DNA of 52,057 nucleotides, the filler included, from Jimgerdemannia flammicorona (lineage: Eukaryota), in the NCBI GenBank assembly GCA_003990765.1. It is 2 parts of 2 records of this genome, joined end to end, with 100 filler letters (N's around TTAATTAATTAA, not from the genome) between each part and the next. Parts side by side here need not be neighbours in the genome. Positions count along the whole stretch, not along the records: positions 1 to 25,980 come from RBNJ01000770.1; 1 more part is not named here. One strand, 5' to 3'. The position numbers and the translations under genes are program-made. Positions within the stretch are counted from its first letter, which is position 1, and each line of letters opens with the position of its first letter. This document shows positions 12,223 to 24,379 of the stretch, in pieces. The notes under the pieces are model-generated. The model had not been told where the DNA came from. It ran no database searches and worked only from the letters and a program-made list of their open reading frames with translations.

Positions 12223-12799
12223 TCTGAGTACAAATAGTATAGCAACCTGGTTAGTGTTAATAAAAAAGGGTACAGACTGAGAAGATATACTATTTAGTCT
12301 ATTAGTTCATTTAATATACTTAGTGGTTATCATAGTGTCAAAAGTCTCAGATTCTTAGCAAACAGTCCTTATTATGTATCACACATTTTTAGATAGTGTT
12401 TAACCAATAATAAGCTGGTGGCAGTGGATGGCAATAATCATGTGATAAATATATTGATTGGCCTGTAGAATCTAGAATAGAATTCACAAACCTATTGACA
12501 CTGTGAACAAGACAACAGCACTTTATAATTATCATTATAGTGTATATTATAATTAATAATAAACAACTTATATAAAACACACTTGCTTTTATTAAATATA
12601 TAATACTTATGTTTAATTTAAAAATTAATTACTTAAAACAATGTCTCATTAGAATATTGATGATCTTAGGATACATTTGATGTTTGATAACTATAGATAG
12701 TTTAAAAATACAATAGTTATATATATATTGTTTTTTTAAAAAAAACAAAAAACAATCAAATAATATTATAAATATTAATACCTCTTTCTTTACACTCAA

Positions 12800-15700
12800 T
12801 CAGTTTCTTTCTGATGAAGTAGGTTTTATGCCATTAAATATCTCAAGTGCTTTCTTATCAAAGAAATTCTTAGTATTCATTTTATCAATTATGAGGATGA
12901 TCCCACCATCTTCAATGTAACAGCTGCACCCTGTATTCTTATGGGGACAAATTACCAATATGCCAATGAATGAGATGCCAAAGTCCTTTGCAGTATGATA
13001 TTTTATACAAAGGCATTTGAGTGTCTTTTTCCTCCTCTCAAGACACCAATCGGGGTTCTATTTGTCATTGAAGAATTTTTTAGGCTTTAGTGTTTTGATG
13101 GCAGTTTTGATGTTAATATTGGAGGATAGTCTTGCTTGAACAAATACTGGAATTGTAATTAGTTCAAATTGTCGAGCATCACTTTCTATAGAAAAATCAA
13201 TCATAAATACTATATTGGGAACAGTATTATTCTCTGGCATAAAGAATGAATGTTTGGAATTGTTGAGGTATGTGAAAAGATACCTCTTACCACAGAGGGT
13301 CTCTGATCTAATGTGTCCCATGCCACTACTGCAGATGGAGATTTTGTTCAATAGTAGCCATATCAGAACTTTGCAATCAGAAATGTGGTTGACAAATAAA
13401 TCATGCACAGCTAGCAAATTCTTTATTATCTCTGTGTCGAAAAGATCGGAGAGTAGAGTAATCAGATATCACTCAAATAAATATCTAGATGTTAGTGGAC
13501 ACCATGTATACTGACCTAGCCTCTCTAATATCATGTTACCAATCTTGTTACCTATTGTATTCTCATGGTAGTGGATGAACCCCATGATGGCCAGGGGCTC
13601 TGAAAAGCCTGCAATCATCATCACTATGTCAACTGGGTCAGAGTCAATTTGTTTGAGCTGTACAAATCCAATCTCAACTGCTAACACTATGGCATTATTC
13701 TCAATTGTTTTCTCTTCTGAGAAAATGTGGTGGTTCATCATTGCTACTTCTACAACTGGCCATACAGTCTGTACTTGATAGATCTCTATAAGATAGCCAG
13801 CCATCTGGTGAATAATTACCTCCACTGTACTGCTTTGCAAATATTTGATCATGCCATTGAGATTGATACCTATTGGTAGCCTGGCATTTTCGATCACACA
13901 TTCCAGGAATCAAATAGTGAACCGATGACATCCCTATAGGTATTTGAAGACATACACAATCTGGTTGACCATTAGAATTCTAATGAATCGCTCAAGAAAC
14001 TGGCCCATGTTGTCAGCATTATTGAATCCATTATTGACTATGTAGAAGTGCATACTCTTCATGCCACTGTATGTTGCAGTTATACTCACCAAGTCCTGCT
14101 TTATATCATTGATTTGCAAACCCATTCCAGAGAGCACAATACATAATACACCTTATTTAGAAATCTCTAGTACAGTCTGTAAAAGAATTGCAAAGAGTGA
14201 ACATTTCTGGTGTGATAATGACTTAGAGTAGAATATTTGTGCATACATAGAGATGGCTGCCTGTGCCTCATCAAATGTGATTGGGAGTTACTTTTGGTCC
14301 ACCAGCTTCAAGATAGTTTGCACTATGTTGACTATATAGTATCAGAGATCCGCACTAGGTGATTTTCCAAAATATTCTTTTCATAATGTAACCCAGAGAT
14401 CCAATGGTTTGGCTACAATATAGCCTGGTAGCAGTTGCATGAGAAGCCATATTTTGGACATTGGTTTGATTGAACCCAACAAGAGCTTCTTGAGGATAAA
14501 GAGATGGCTGGCCAGAACTATACAGGTCCATTTGAGCACTTTTTCGCTATTCTGTTATGGGTTGTTGCATTTGATTGACAGATTGTCAGTGGCCATATCC
14601 AAGTCACCTGATCCAATGTTCTTATTGTTTGGATCTGTTTCGAATGTGAGATATACTCTATATATCTGGCAGAAGAGTTCATAGAGACTGTGGGTTTTTC
14701 TAGCACTATGAGGGATATACACTATTAGATATATTTGATATTTATCTAAAAAAGAATATATATATGTAAATAATAATATAAAGCTTACCCCAAGGTTCTA
14801 ATCATCATAAACCATTCATTATCCTCAGTCATTTTTACAAGAGAGTCAAGTGTTATTTGGCCAACATATCCTGGGCCACCTGGGGTTTCTGGCAGTGAGT
14901 GTAGAATTAATGCAATACTATCGTTTACTATTAGAATCTGGGCATTATTGATGTATTTTGACAGTGGATGGTCAGCAATCATAAATGTGTCCATAGGAAA
15001 GCCATTTGTTATCACTTTGTTGAATGTGGGCAACCATGAACTCCAAAGATCTTCTATCTCAACCAATATCATATCTAATGATTTACAAGTATTGGTTGCA
15101 GGCATAGGTGTATTAATGGATGGACCTTCCTCCCTAACCAAACCTGCTAATAATGGTGATGTTGGAATGTCTATTATAAAAATATATTTTGTGTGAGGTG
15201 ATCAATTTATGACAAATACTGCATCGAGCTGTATTATGAATATCAATAGTTACATGGTACATATTTTTCATCATTTTACTGATGCTTTGTGGTGTTTGGG
15301 TTTGCACTTTAGTGTTTTGCAGTTATTATCATCAAGCGTGAAATGCTCATAATTACAGTAGTGCATTATGTTCTTGATAAATATCTACTCATATAATCCT
15401 TTTTTTCTCTGCTCTTGAGATCCCCAAATGCCTTTTGTGATGAAATAGCCTGAATCATATCTTCTGAGTTGACCTCTTCTGTTGACTGGTTTTTGATGTA
15501 TTCTGGAAATATAACCAATATGAATTAGTAGACCATCAATGATGTTGAGCATATCTATATGTGACTAGTTTAATATCTACTAGACTTAGGGAACTTTTGC
15601 TTTGATGATGGCATTCTGGGTTTGGCAAAAATTTGCAATAATACTATTTGAATGAGAATCAACATTAGACAATAATCATAAAAAAATCCCCTAAGACTGA

Positions 15701-16528
15701 ATTATTTTATATAATAACCAAATAACTTACTAGGTAGTATAATTTTAATGAGATTTGTCTACTGGTTCTGATAGTTGAATGAGTATGTCAATATTGTTAT
15801 ATTGTTTCAAAAGATCATCATCCAATATATCATTGTGTTCAAGGCTGTCAGGATGAGCAATGCAGAGAACCAGTTTGTCATGGTTGCAAGTAATATTGTT
15901 GGGTTTTATAGCCTTGATCACCTTGCAAAAATCATCAATATCAATACTCTCAAAGTTCACAAGTTTGGTTGCATAACAGTTTGGAAGTTTGATGTGATAC
16001 TAAATAGCTAATAATGAAATAATATGACAAATATATGTGAGATTTAGTTTTTAAATCCATCAAAGATTTGTATTCTGCTATCAATATTCTATTCATTCAA
16101 GATGTCTTATTCTCCCACTACAGATGTCGAATTCATTATCTTGCAATGGTATAAAGTATATAAAAAACTTACCACATTGATGAGATACAATAGTAGGGGG
16201 CTGGACAATAATATGAATATGTTTTCATATGAGCTGACTTGGGAAGTATTCTTGAACTTTACTAAGTGCTGACATTTATTTATCAAAGTTAGTGTCAACT
16301 TCAATGGCTGCCAGCTAATTGTGGGGTCATTGAGGGGTATGTTGACTTTCCAGAGCACAAGTTCATTGACATTGATATGATTGAAACATGGAGTCAGTTC
16401 TGCTTTGATCAGCTTCTTGAGCTTGCCAATATATCAGTTTTGGTAATTTTGATGGAGAATGCATAATAGAAAGGTGGAGTGTTATCATAAATAAGGCAGT
16501 TGAGTGTAAGGCTGTTGTTGGTCGACAT
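12800..16528 (-). pseudogene. Crinkler copy 3: CRN header (plus a possible second Ubl-like header) + P-loop NTPase + PD-(D/E)XK-like nuclease, disrupted
   Basis: ATG at 16528: MSTNNSLTLNCLIYD...LVLWKVNIPLND. Walker A remnant WFMMIRTLG^ARKTHSLYELF, Walker B LPITFDEAQ (about 14262-14288), shared block AVEIGFVQL...FSEPLA, nuclease motif FFMPENNTVPNIVF...VFVQARL. Stop TGA at 12800. Colinear with copy 2. Confidence 0.85.
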
Positions 16529-16764
16529 TCTGAGTGCAAACAGTGAGTTAGATTCTATATAACAGTTTAGACAGAGTTACCATTTAGTTTATTGATTTAT
16601 ACTATTTACTATAGTTGTTGTCATATTGGTTATTGTTTATAAGTTTATCTATATGTCATGTATTATCTATTTACACAAGTGACTTCATGGGTCATTGTAC
16701 TGACTTTGGGATAATTATATTCATGGGTCTAGATCATCCCAGGCTATCTGAACCAGATCAATTT

Positions 16765-16803
16765 TGCCAACCCTATACAGATCAATTTTGCCCACCCTAT
16801 ACA
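16765..16803. repeat. Short tandem duplication CAGATCAATTTTGCC(A/C)ACCCTATA
   Basis: Two adjacent copies starting at 16765 and 16788, differing at one position. Confidence 0.8.
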
Positions 16804-17480
16804 AAATGAGATAGATCGCAATTTTGTTATTAATACTCTGAGTGCAATTTCCAAGACCAGAGTGCACCTTTACAAATTATGTCAGAATTTGGTAACTATA
16901 TATTCATACGCCCAATACAGCACTTGATTGTGCACCCAAACATAGTCTACAACTATCTTGGCTTCACTTTGTAATATTTGAATTCATTGTTAACTATATA
17001 GGATATCTAACAGAAATCCCTAGTGTGAGGTCAACCTGGCTTTTTGTGTTGCTCCTTCTTGATCAATATAATTATCTACTCCTGGAGCTTATTCAGTCAC
17101 TATGGTTACTGCACATATCCAAAATGATTATAACTGAAAATCAATATGCTAAAAAAGTTTACAAAAGGCTAACATTTTTGCCATTATTAAATTATCCAGA
17201 AGTTGAAAAAATCTTCTAAATTAGTATACCAATTTGAAACCCATAGGTGAATATTATATATTACTTTTACATAGTTTGCTTTTTTGCACCAGACATATGT
17301 CATATGATATACATGTGTTAGTTAGTGATATTATATGCAACTTATCATCAGAGATATTTTCTTGATAGCATAATTATAATTGACTCTTGTCTCAACTTTG
17401 CTTAAATGAATGCAAGAATTCGGATCTTATTAGAATATAGATGTATGATAACAATATATCTTTTGACTAAAGACAAAGAC

Positions 17481-17740
17481 CTCTAGAGTATTCAATTATA
17501 ATATAAATATTCAACTTGTCTAAATTGACTGAGAAATACTCTCTAATTTCAAACAATACTGGTAATTCATCACCATGTAACATCTTGGCAATATCAGAGT
17601 TTAGATTTGACCTATAATGTGGTTAAAATATTATCTAGCATATGTAGTGGTATATCAACCTTCCAAAATATGAGGTTGATAATGACAATATAGTTGAATT
17701 CCATTCTCTTCTCTTTAATATATTCTCTCAAATCAATAGT
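17481..17740 (-). pseudogene. Crinkler copy 4: 5'-truncated CRN header fragment absent from the ORF track
   Basis: Manual translation IDLREYIKEKRMEFNYIVIINLIFWKVDIPLHMLDNILTTL*../..DIAKMLHGDELPVLFEIREYFSVNLDKLNIYIIIEY aligns closely with the copy 2 header. Confidence 0.8.
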
Positions 17741-17795
17741 TAATTTAAAATTAGTATATGGTAGATAAAATGCCTAAAACTTATATTTTTATTTT

Positions 17796-17940
17796 ACTAA
17801 CCAAAACCTGCTTTTTGTTATAAACTAAATCTTGTTTTTTTTGTTATTCTAACCAAATCTTGCTTTTTGTTACTAACTAAATCTTGCTTTTTTCACTAAA
17901 CAAATTGTGCTTTTTTCACTAACCAAATACTGATTTTTTT
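17796..17940. repeat. Minisatellite, about 6 copies of a ~24-bp unit ACTAACCAAATCTTGCTTTTTGTT
   Basis: Repeated CTAA(C/A)(C/T)AAAT.TTGCTTTTT units read directly. Confidence 0.85.
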
Positions 17941-17970
17941 TTTTATACTACTGACTGTATTTCATTCGGA

Positions 17971-19130
17971 TTATAGACTAAACAAAATTTGAAATCTATT
18001 TAGGACACTGGTGATATTCAACCTGATCCTTTTGGATGATATATTATTATTTTCAGATCTATCAGGATCACTGCAATTGCTCTCCAGTTCAGTCTGCAAG
18101 ACGATGTGATAGTGATGCTTCTTTGAATCAACATGCAGTGGGTCAGATTGCTTGATATATAAAAGGTTGAATTGCTTGGTATGCAGAGGGTCAGATTGCT
18201 CAGCATAAGCTTGCAAAGGTTCAAAATGCTTAGCATGCAGAGGATCAGGTTGTTCAACGTAAGCTTGCAAAGGGTTGAGATGTTAATTATACAAATGGTC
18301 AGGTTGCTTGGTATATAAAAGGTTGGGTTAATTGATGTGCAGTGGGTCCAGTTGCTCAGCATGCAAAATATCAAGTTGATTGACATACAGTGGGTCAGAA
18401 TGTTCAGCAGGATACCTCTTGGGGCCAGAGTCAGATTTGGATTCTTCACTATTGTCTGTTTTGTATTAAATCAGTTTTCTTGGCACACTCTTGCAATTCG
18501 AGCATATGCAATGGGATCAATCTGGATATGACTCCAAGTCAAGCCAAATGATGTGTTGTTGGAAATTCACTAAAAATGTGATAACCAGTATTTAGTTTTT
18601 TATTTCTAAAGGAACTAAAACATATGTAAATATAGACATACAAAATGAAATAGGCCACCTCAATGGATGCCCATAAATTGACAGATAAGATTGACCAATA
18701 TTTGGCCTGGATTCATGCTGGTACTGGTACCAAGAATACCCACATGGGAGTTCCTAAAGAGTGCAATCTAAACAGAGCATATATAATGTGTTAAAAGCTA
18801 TAGAATTATATAATAATTCATTCATAGGTATTATTAATATTTACAGGTGTTGTTTTCCCTTCTATATATAGTGAGTATATTTCTCAGATGAGACATTCAA
18901 TTGGGATTGTGGTGCTCTACCAAATTGGGGCATCTTGGATACATAAATGTTCTATCTGAGTTGACAGGTGGTTTAATCAGGGTCAGATGGGTGGATGGTT
19001 TTGGTTGTTTATATCTGGGATTTTTGAAAATTATTTTTTTGTTTAATAAAGAGATATTGTAATTTATCCATATATTTATACCATTGATTTTTGTATATTT
19101 CAATAGTTTTGCATGGTCTTCTACCAACAA
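17971..19130 (-). pseudogene. Degraded gene with an 8-residue (24-bp) coding repeat (QxDPLHxK) and a possible eroded zinc finger
   Basis: EQPDPLHAK, EQSDPLHTK, KQFNLLYIK, KQSDPLHVD, continuing through a frameshift to about 18410. Upstream fragment FMYPRCPNLVEHHNPN*MSHLRK is only suggestive of C2H2. Confidence 0.45.
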
Positions 19131-20295
19131 TGAGTCATTGATTACTTATCAGACTTTTCTGATCATATTAGTCATATTGGTGATATACATATGTAGTTTT
19201 AATATACAACTCAGTTCATTATGAAGATCTATTATATTAATCTTCATTTTTCTAGCCAGAACAAGAGTTATGAAAGCTTTTAGTATACATATAAACCCAC
19301 TTCATGCAAGAATTAGGTTCTCAACTGCAATGTGACCTGTAGGCATATGTGAACTCTAACTAATATCTTTAAGATGAATCAGTGACACTTTGTTATATAC
19401 TTTTGATGTACTTATTGTATGCATATACTTTGGATATTTTCACTATAAAAGTAAAATGATTGAGCATTAACATCTAAGTGATAAATAAATTTATATTATG
19501 TGAGTCTATCATATTATGACCTATGTATTTGAGTGTCCTATTCAATGTATGGTAGAATATGGTGATACTGATGATATCACCAAATTCAGACAAGGGAATT
19601 GATGTTATCACATCCAAATGAGTTTGCCCAATCCAAATTGATCACCTGATCATGTGCCCAGAACAAGATTTTGTGTGCAAACATAAGCCAAATTCATAAC
19701 TGCTATAACTACTGCTGAGTGACCCTGGTGCCAATTTTTTTTTTTTTATAAAAATGCTTTTATATTATAATAGTGAATTAATACAGGGCCTACAGGCCTG
19801 GGTCCATCCAGTGGTATATCTGGGATATAACAATTTAGTCATCCAGTCTTATATTACATGAAGCTTGTAAGTTTGGATTTTTTTTTTTACTATAAAAAGA
19901 ATTCAACTGCTATGAGATCAGTACTACCATAATATATTAGTTAATTCTGGCTGGGTCTTAAACAAAAAGAAATTCTCATTCAGTGAGTTGTTGAATGGAT
20001 ATAATGTATCAGGAAAGTATTTTTCATATGAGCATGCACTCAATAATATTATATGTGTATGTGATAGTATAACCCAAAAATTGATAAAGATCACATCATC
20101 TTTGAAAAACAATCAATAAAAGAATACATATATATAATCTTGATTATTTGAGGAGTGCTTACAATGATACCAGTGCTGTTTCTTTTCCTTTAAGCTCTTT
20201 CAAACCCTGGCAACTGTTAATACAAATATATACTATATATTCTACCCCTTATTGTATTAATGTGTAATGGTAAGTTTGTCCAAGCCACCTACTAG

Positions 20296-20344
20296 AAAGG
20301 CAGTCATATATATCTGGACATGTATGACTGCTTTTTAACTTATT
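20296..20344. repeat. Palindromic dispersed repeat, copy 2 of the 2732-2793 family
   Basis: aaaggcagtcatata-tatctggaca-tgtatgactgctttttaacttatt. Confidence 0.75.
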
Positions 20345-21329
20345 ATGTGATACTTCTACCAAATTGTAAATAGTGGCGAAGTAATATCCTTTTGGGTACC
20401 TCTGGTTTTAGTTATTAAAAGACCATATATCATCCACCTCTTTTACCATACAGAAAAAATGCTCCCATTCTGCCTGGGCTATACCAGATATTATCAATCT
20501 GTCAGTAAACTCTGCTGTAGCTAGACCAAGTACCCAGCTGCAAATAATTGACTATCTAAGTTAACTATTTCTAATCTAAATCAATCCTAATCATGTGCCC
20601 AAGGTCACATGATTGTGCACCCATAAGTGTAAAATTAGGGGTATATTATAACTCTTGATAATATATATTCAAAGCAAAAGGTGACTCTGTATCTCTGTCC
20701 ATAATTGTTTACTCAACTATATTACAGAATTAGAATCTGCAGTTAGCTATAGGCTGCAATTTTATAAGCTACTAAATATTGCTTCTTGTATGAATTTAAT
20801 TGTCAACTCAAATGACTGAAACTTATTTGCAAATACAAATGATATAAGTGATAATAATATTATCAAATATCATTTGTCATAAAATTAAAATAATAAATTC
20901 TGTAATATACTAGTTAGTCAAGTCAATAATTATATCAACTTAGATTATATAGAATATACTACATATCATTTCTATTAGTTTCAATATTCTTGCAATTTTA
21001 GTATATCCTGCAAACTATATACTAATATAGAGTCTCTTCACTTTTATATAAATAATGGTATGTGGAAATGTAGGCTTTTATATTAGCCAAACCCAGTCAC
21101 TGGGTTTAGGATTTTCTTAAACTATACTTCTTTAGTTTTATATATATTTAATCACACTAGTATTAAAAATACTTTGCCAATAAATTTGAATAAGATTTTA
21201 TATCAAATAAATATAATTGAATTCTTAGAATATTTCAACCTGAATATAATATAATACATAATTATAAAATTCTGAATAATATCATCAATATCAAATAAAA
21301 GAAATATAATAAGAAAAGTATCTTAATAC

Positions 21330-22720
21330 TGTGATAAACCACGAAATGTAGCAATCTCAAAACCTAACCAGGTGATGTGAACATTAGCATAGCATAGTAA
21401 CCAGTAACCATTGCTGCGGAAAAATATATAAATAACCAGATAACTAAAGAAGGGAATAATGTGAACAGTGGCTGTCCCCTGGAGAGTGGCTGTCTGCTGG
21501 ACAGTGACTGTCCACTCAAACATACCATAGATAGCAAATCTATAGTTAGCCACATAGTAACTGGATAGCAACCACAATGTATAAATTACCCCAAAGACAA
21601 GAGTGAATAAACCTCAGTCTGAAATTCAGAATACATTTCAACTCTGGTTCACTTTCCGATACAAAGAAGAGTCCGAAATTCAAAGCAAAAGACAAGTCTG
21701 TCTACCACACTTCGAGAGGAACTCTACAGCCACTGTTAGGAGATTGTGAGCTTATTTCCCCACTCTGGTCCACTTTCTGATACAAAGCTTGAAGATTTGC
21801 TGCCCAAGTTCAAGAAAGAACTTCATCGCCTTTTGAGTAATCTGCTGCTTAAGGAATAAGCTGCCATTTTCAAGAACTTTCCCAATTCAGAAGAATCCAC
21901 ATCATCTATTGTTTATAAGTTATTCTCTGCCTTCCCAAGAAAGCCACCTTGCTCAAGCCAGTTTCCAATGCAACTTTGCAGTAGAGCCAGTCTATGATGT
22001 AACCCTGTACAAACGAAGCCAGTCTTTGACATAACTTTGCTAAGAGACCCTTTCTCAAAGAATGCCACCAGTTGTTTGTATTCCCAGAAGAGTCTGATCC
22101 AGAAGAACTCATGCCATCTGAGTTATTCTCAGTTGAAGCTGCCTTTTTTTTCAAGAAGTCTGCCGATTCAGGAGAATCTGCGTTATCTGCCATTTTCAAG
22201 TCATCCACATTCCTAGAAAACCCATGACATCTGAGTTATCAGTTTGTTCCCAGTGAGTCTGATTCAGAGAATCTATGCCATACTATTCCCAGTGAGCCAA
22301 ATCGAGTTATTTGCCAAATTATCAGAACATCCCACATAAGGAAGCCCACACTACACAGAGATTGTCATGCAGAAATCACATAAGGAGAACTGCTAAATTG
22401 CTAGACCATCACACACAAGATTGTTGCACTACACAGAAATCACCTGCTACTCAAGAAGGAAACTGCTCATGCTATACACAAATTCTGCTATTCCCAGTTG
22501 ACTCAAGAAGGAAAGACATGAATCGCCACTACACCCAGAGAACTATCCCAATAAGGAAACCGCTTGCAGATATCCAGCTTGACTATTATACCACTAAACA
22601 CCAAGGACCTCAGGAATCTTAGAACATTTTATTACTTTTTGACAAAGTAACTGGGGGCTCAAGCCAAACTACATCAACCCCCAACCCTGTAATTTGCCTC
22701 CATTGAGCTGGCACATTACA
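21330..22720 (+). mobile_element. 1391-bp solo-LTR-like element related to 4925-7284
   Basis: TGTGAT (21330) ... ATTACA (22720), with TSD ATAC at 21326-21329 and 22721-22724. GTATAAATTACCC followed by AGAGTGAATAAACCTCAGTC (21600-21619), identical to the reverse complement of 5740-5759. Internal short direct repeats. Confidence 0.85.
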
Positions 22721-22732
22721 ATACTAAAAAAC

Positions 22733-23620
22733 TTATACACAACATTGTTCACACTCAGATCCACAGATTGCCTCATCCTCAGTAATTTTCGGTAACCAAA
22801 AGACTTGAATAAGAGTGAAAGCAGCTTGAGCTTTCACTAGACTCCATTGTTGCTCCACTTCTTGATGGAGAATTCCATGCATAAACTCTGAATAACTATT
22901 TGTACAATTCTGATGAAATGCACTGGTATCATCAAAAACCTCATTGGTGATTGCTTGTTCATTATTAAGGAGTTGCACTTGGTTCATAAGAATTTGATAT
23001 AAAGTGATACTAAAAGACGAAACAACAGCTTTTTCCAAGTTCGATTGTGGTGGTTGATTGCTGACATATGTGTTGAATTTGTCACCAGTATGAATTAATG
23101 ATATTGTTAATAGAGTATAGTTGTCTATATAGACAGTGGCAGTATAGTTAAAGTTAAAAAGTTTCCCTCCAAGCATGTTGTCTGTATGAATTATATAGAA
23201 AATACTCTATGGCTTGAGGTTATAGTTGTAAATGCCATGCTTGTGAAGATATAATAGAACATCAAAAATTTGTATGCATATAGCTTTAATATCTACTTGC
23301 ACAGTAATATTATCTGCAACTGCTGGATACTTACCCTTCTTTGATATGAATCAACTTTATAAAGAGCCAATCACTGGCTCTATAAGCTGGTAGACTGTGT
23401 TCTTGTCTTCACAATGATGAATAACTTTCCCAATATTGAGATATTGTCTTGGTAGAAGGTTGTTATATTGAGCTATAACCTTTAAAAAATATATAGTTCC
23501 ATTACTTGCTTTGGTTTTGTATATAGTATTGTTTCTCCTAATGTAAATAGGTTTGTCTATAACAATACTAAATATGTGAGCACCAGTGTTTGTATGTTGA
23601 AATTTTTCAAAGTGAGCCAT
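22733..23620 (-). pseudogene. Protein kinase-like pseudogene
   Basis: IYKTKASNGTIYFLKVI (subdomain II), VYQLIEP, QIFDVLLYLHKHGIYNYNLKP*SIF (eroded HxDLKPxN), GKLFNFN (eroded DFG); several in-frame stops. Confidence 0.72.
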
Positions 23621-24379
23621 ATATAATATGAAGGTGGGATTTGGAATAAGTAGAGTAAAATGCAATGCATTGCCAGCTATTTATTTTCTCTTACTTGTAA
23701 AGAGAACAAAGAATGTTTATACTCTATTATTCAATTTAGAAATTAGGAGTATCACTGATGGGTGTATTTAACAACAAAATTGGTCTATTGCCAAATATAC
23801 ATTTGATAATAAAATAGAACAATTGTTGATTTATCAAATATATTTACCTACTGCAGATAATATAATCCTTAATATGTTATACAAATAATTTTTATATAAT
23901 ATATCATACCAAGACTTATGATTGTAAAGACAGTACAGAAGTTTACATAAAAAGAGTTACCAAATTGTTAAAGAGTAGAACCGATATTGTTTGTATTTTA
24001 AGAGAAATTATTTGAAGTTGAAAAAACAATTTAGCTCACATTTATAATTTGATACCACCTCTGTCACATACCTCTCTTTTTAACTAATCATTACCATATC
24101 ATCAGAAACTGCACCCAGCTTTTTGTTTATTTAAAAACAATCATTTGTAGATCTATTCTTTTAAATTATAGAAAATAGACACTACCAATTGCAATGATAA
24201 TAATATACACAAATAATCAAAATATATTTATTACACATATTAGTATTTTAGATAGCTATTATAAAAATAATTTTAAAGATTATTTTGGCTGACAGTGTAT
24301 ATATCTAGTAAATAAATTGGAAGGAATAATTGTTTATAAATATAATTTTTCGAAATAAATATTTTGCAGATGTTCATAT

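Noticed and set aside
21906..22622. ORFs of about 100 aa within the second LTR-like element
   Set aside because: Low-complexity and repeat-derived, with no similarity to the 331-aa ORF.
180..24000. Alternative genetic code or stop-codon readthrough explaining the in-frame stops
   Set aside because: All three stop codons occur together with frameshifts and missense damage to catalytic motifs, and the intact genes use standard stops.
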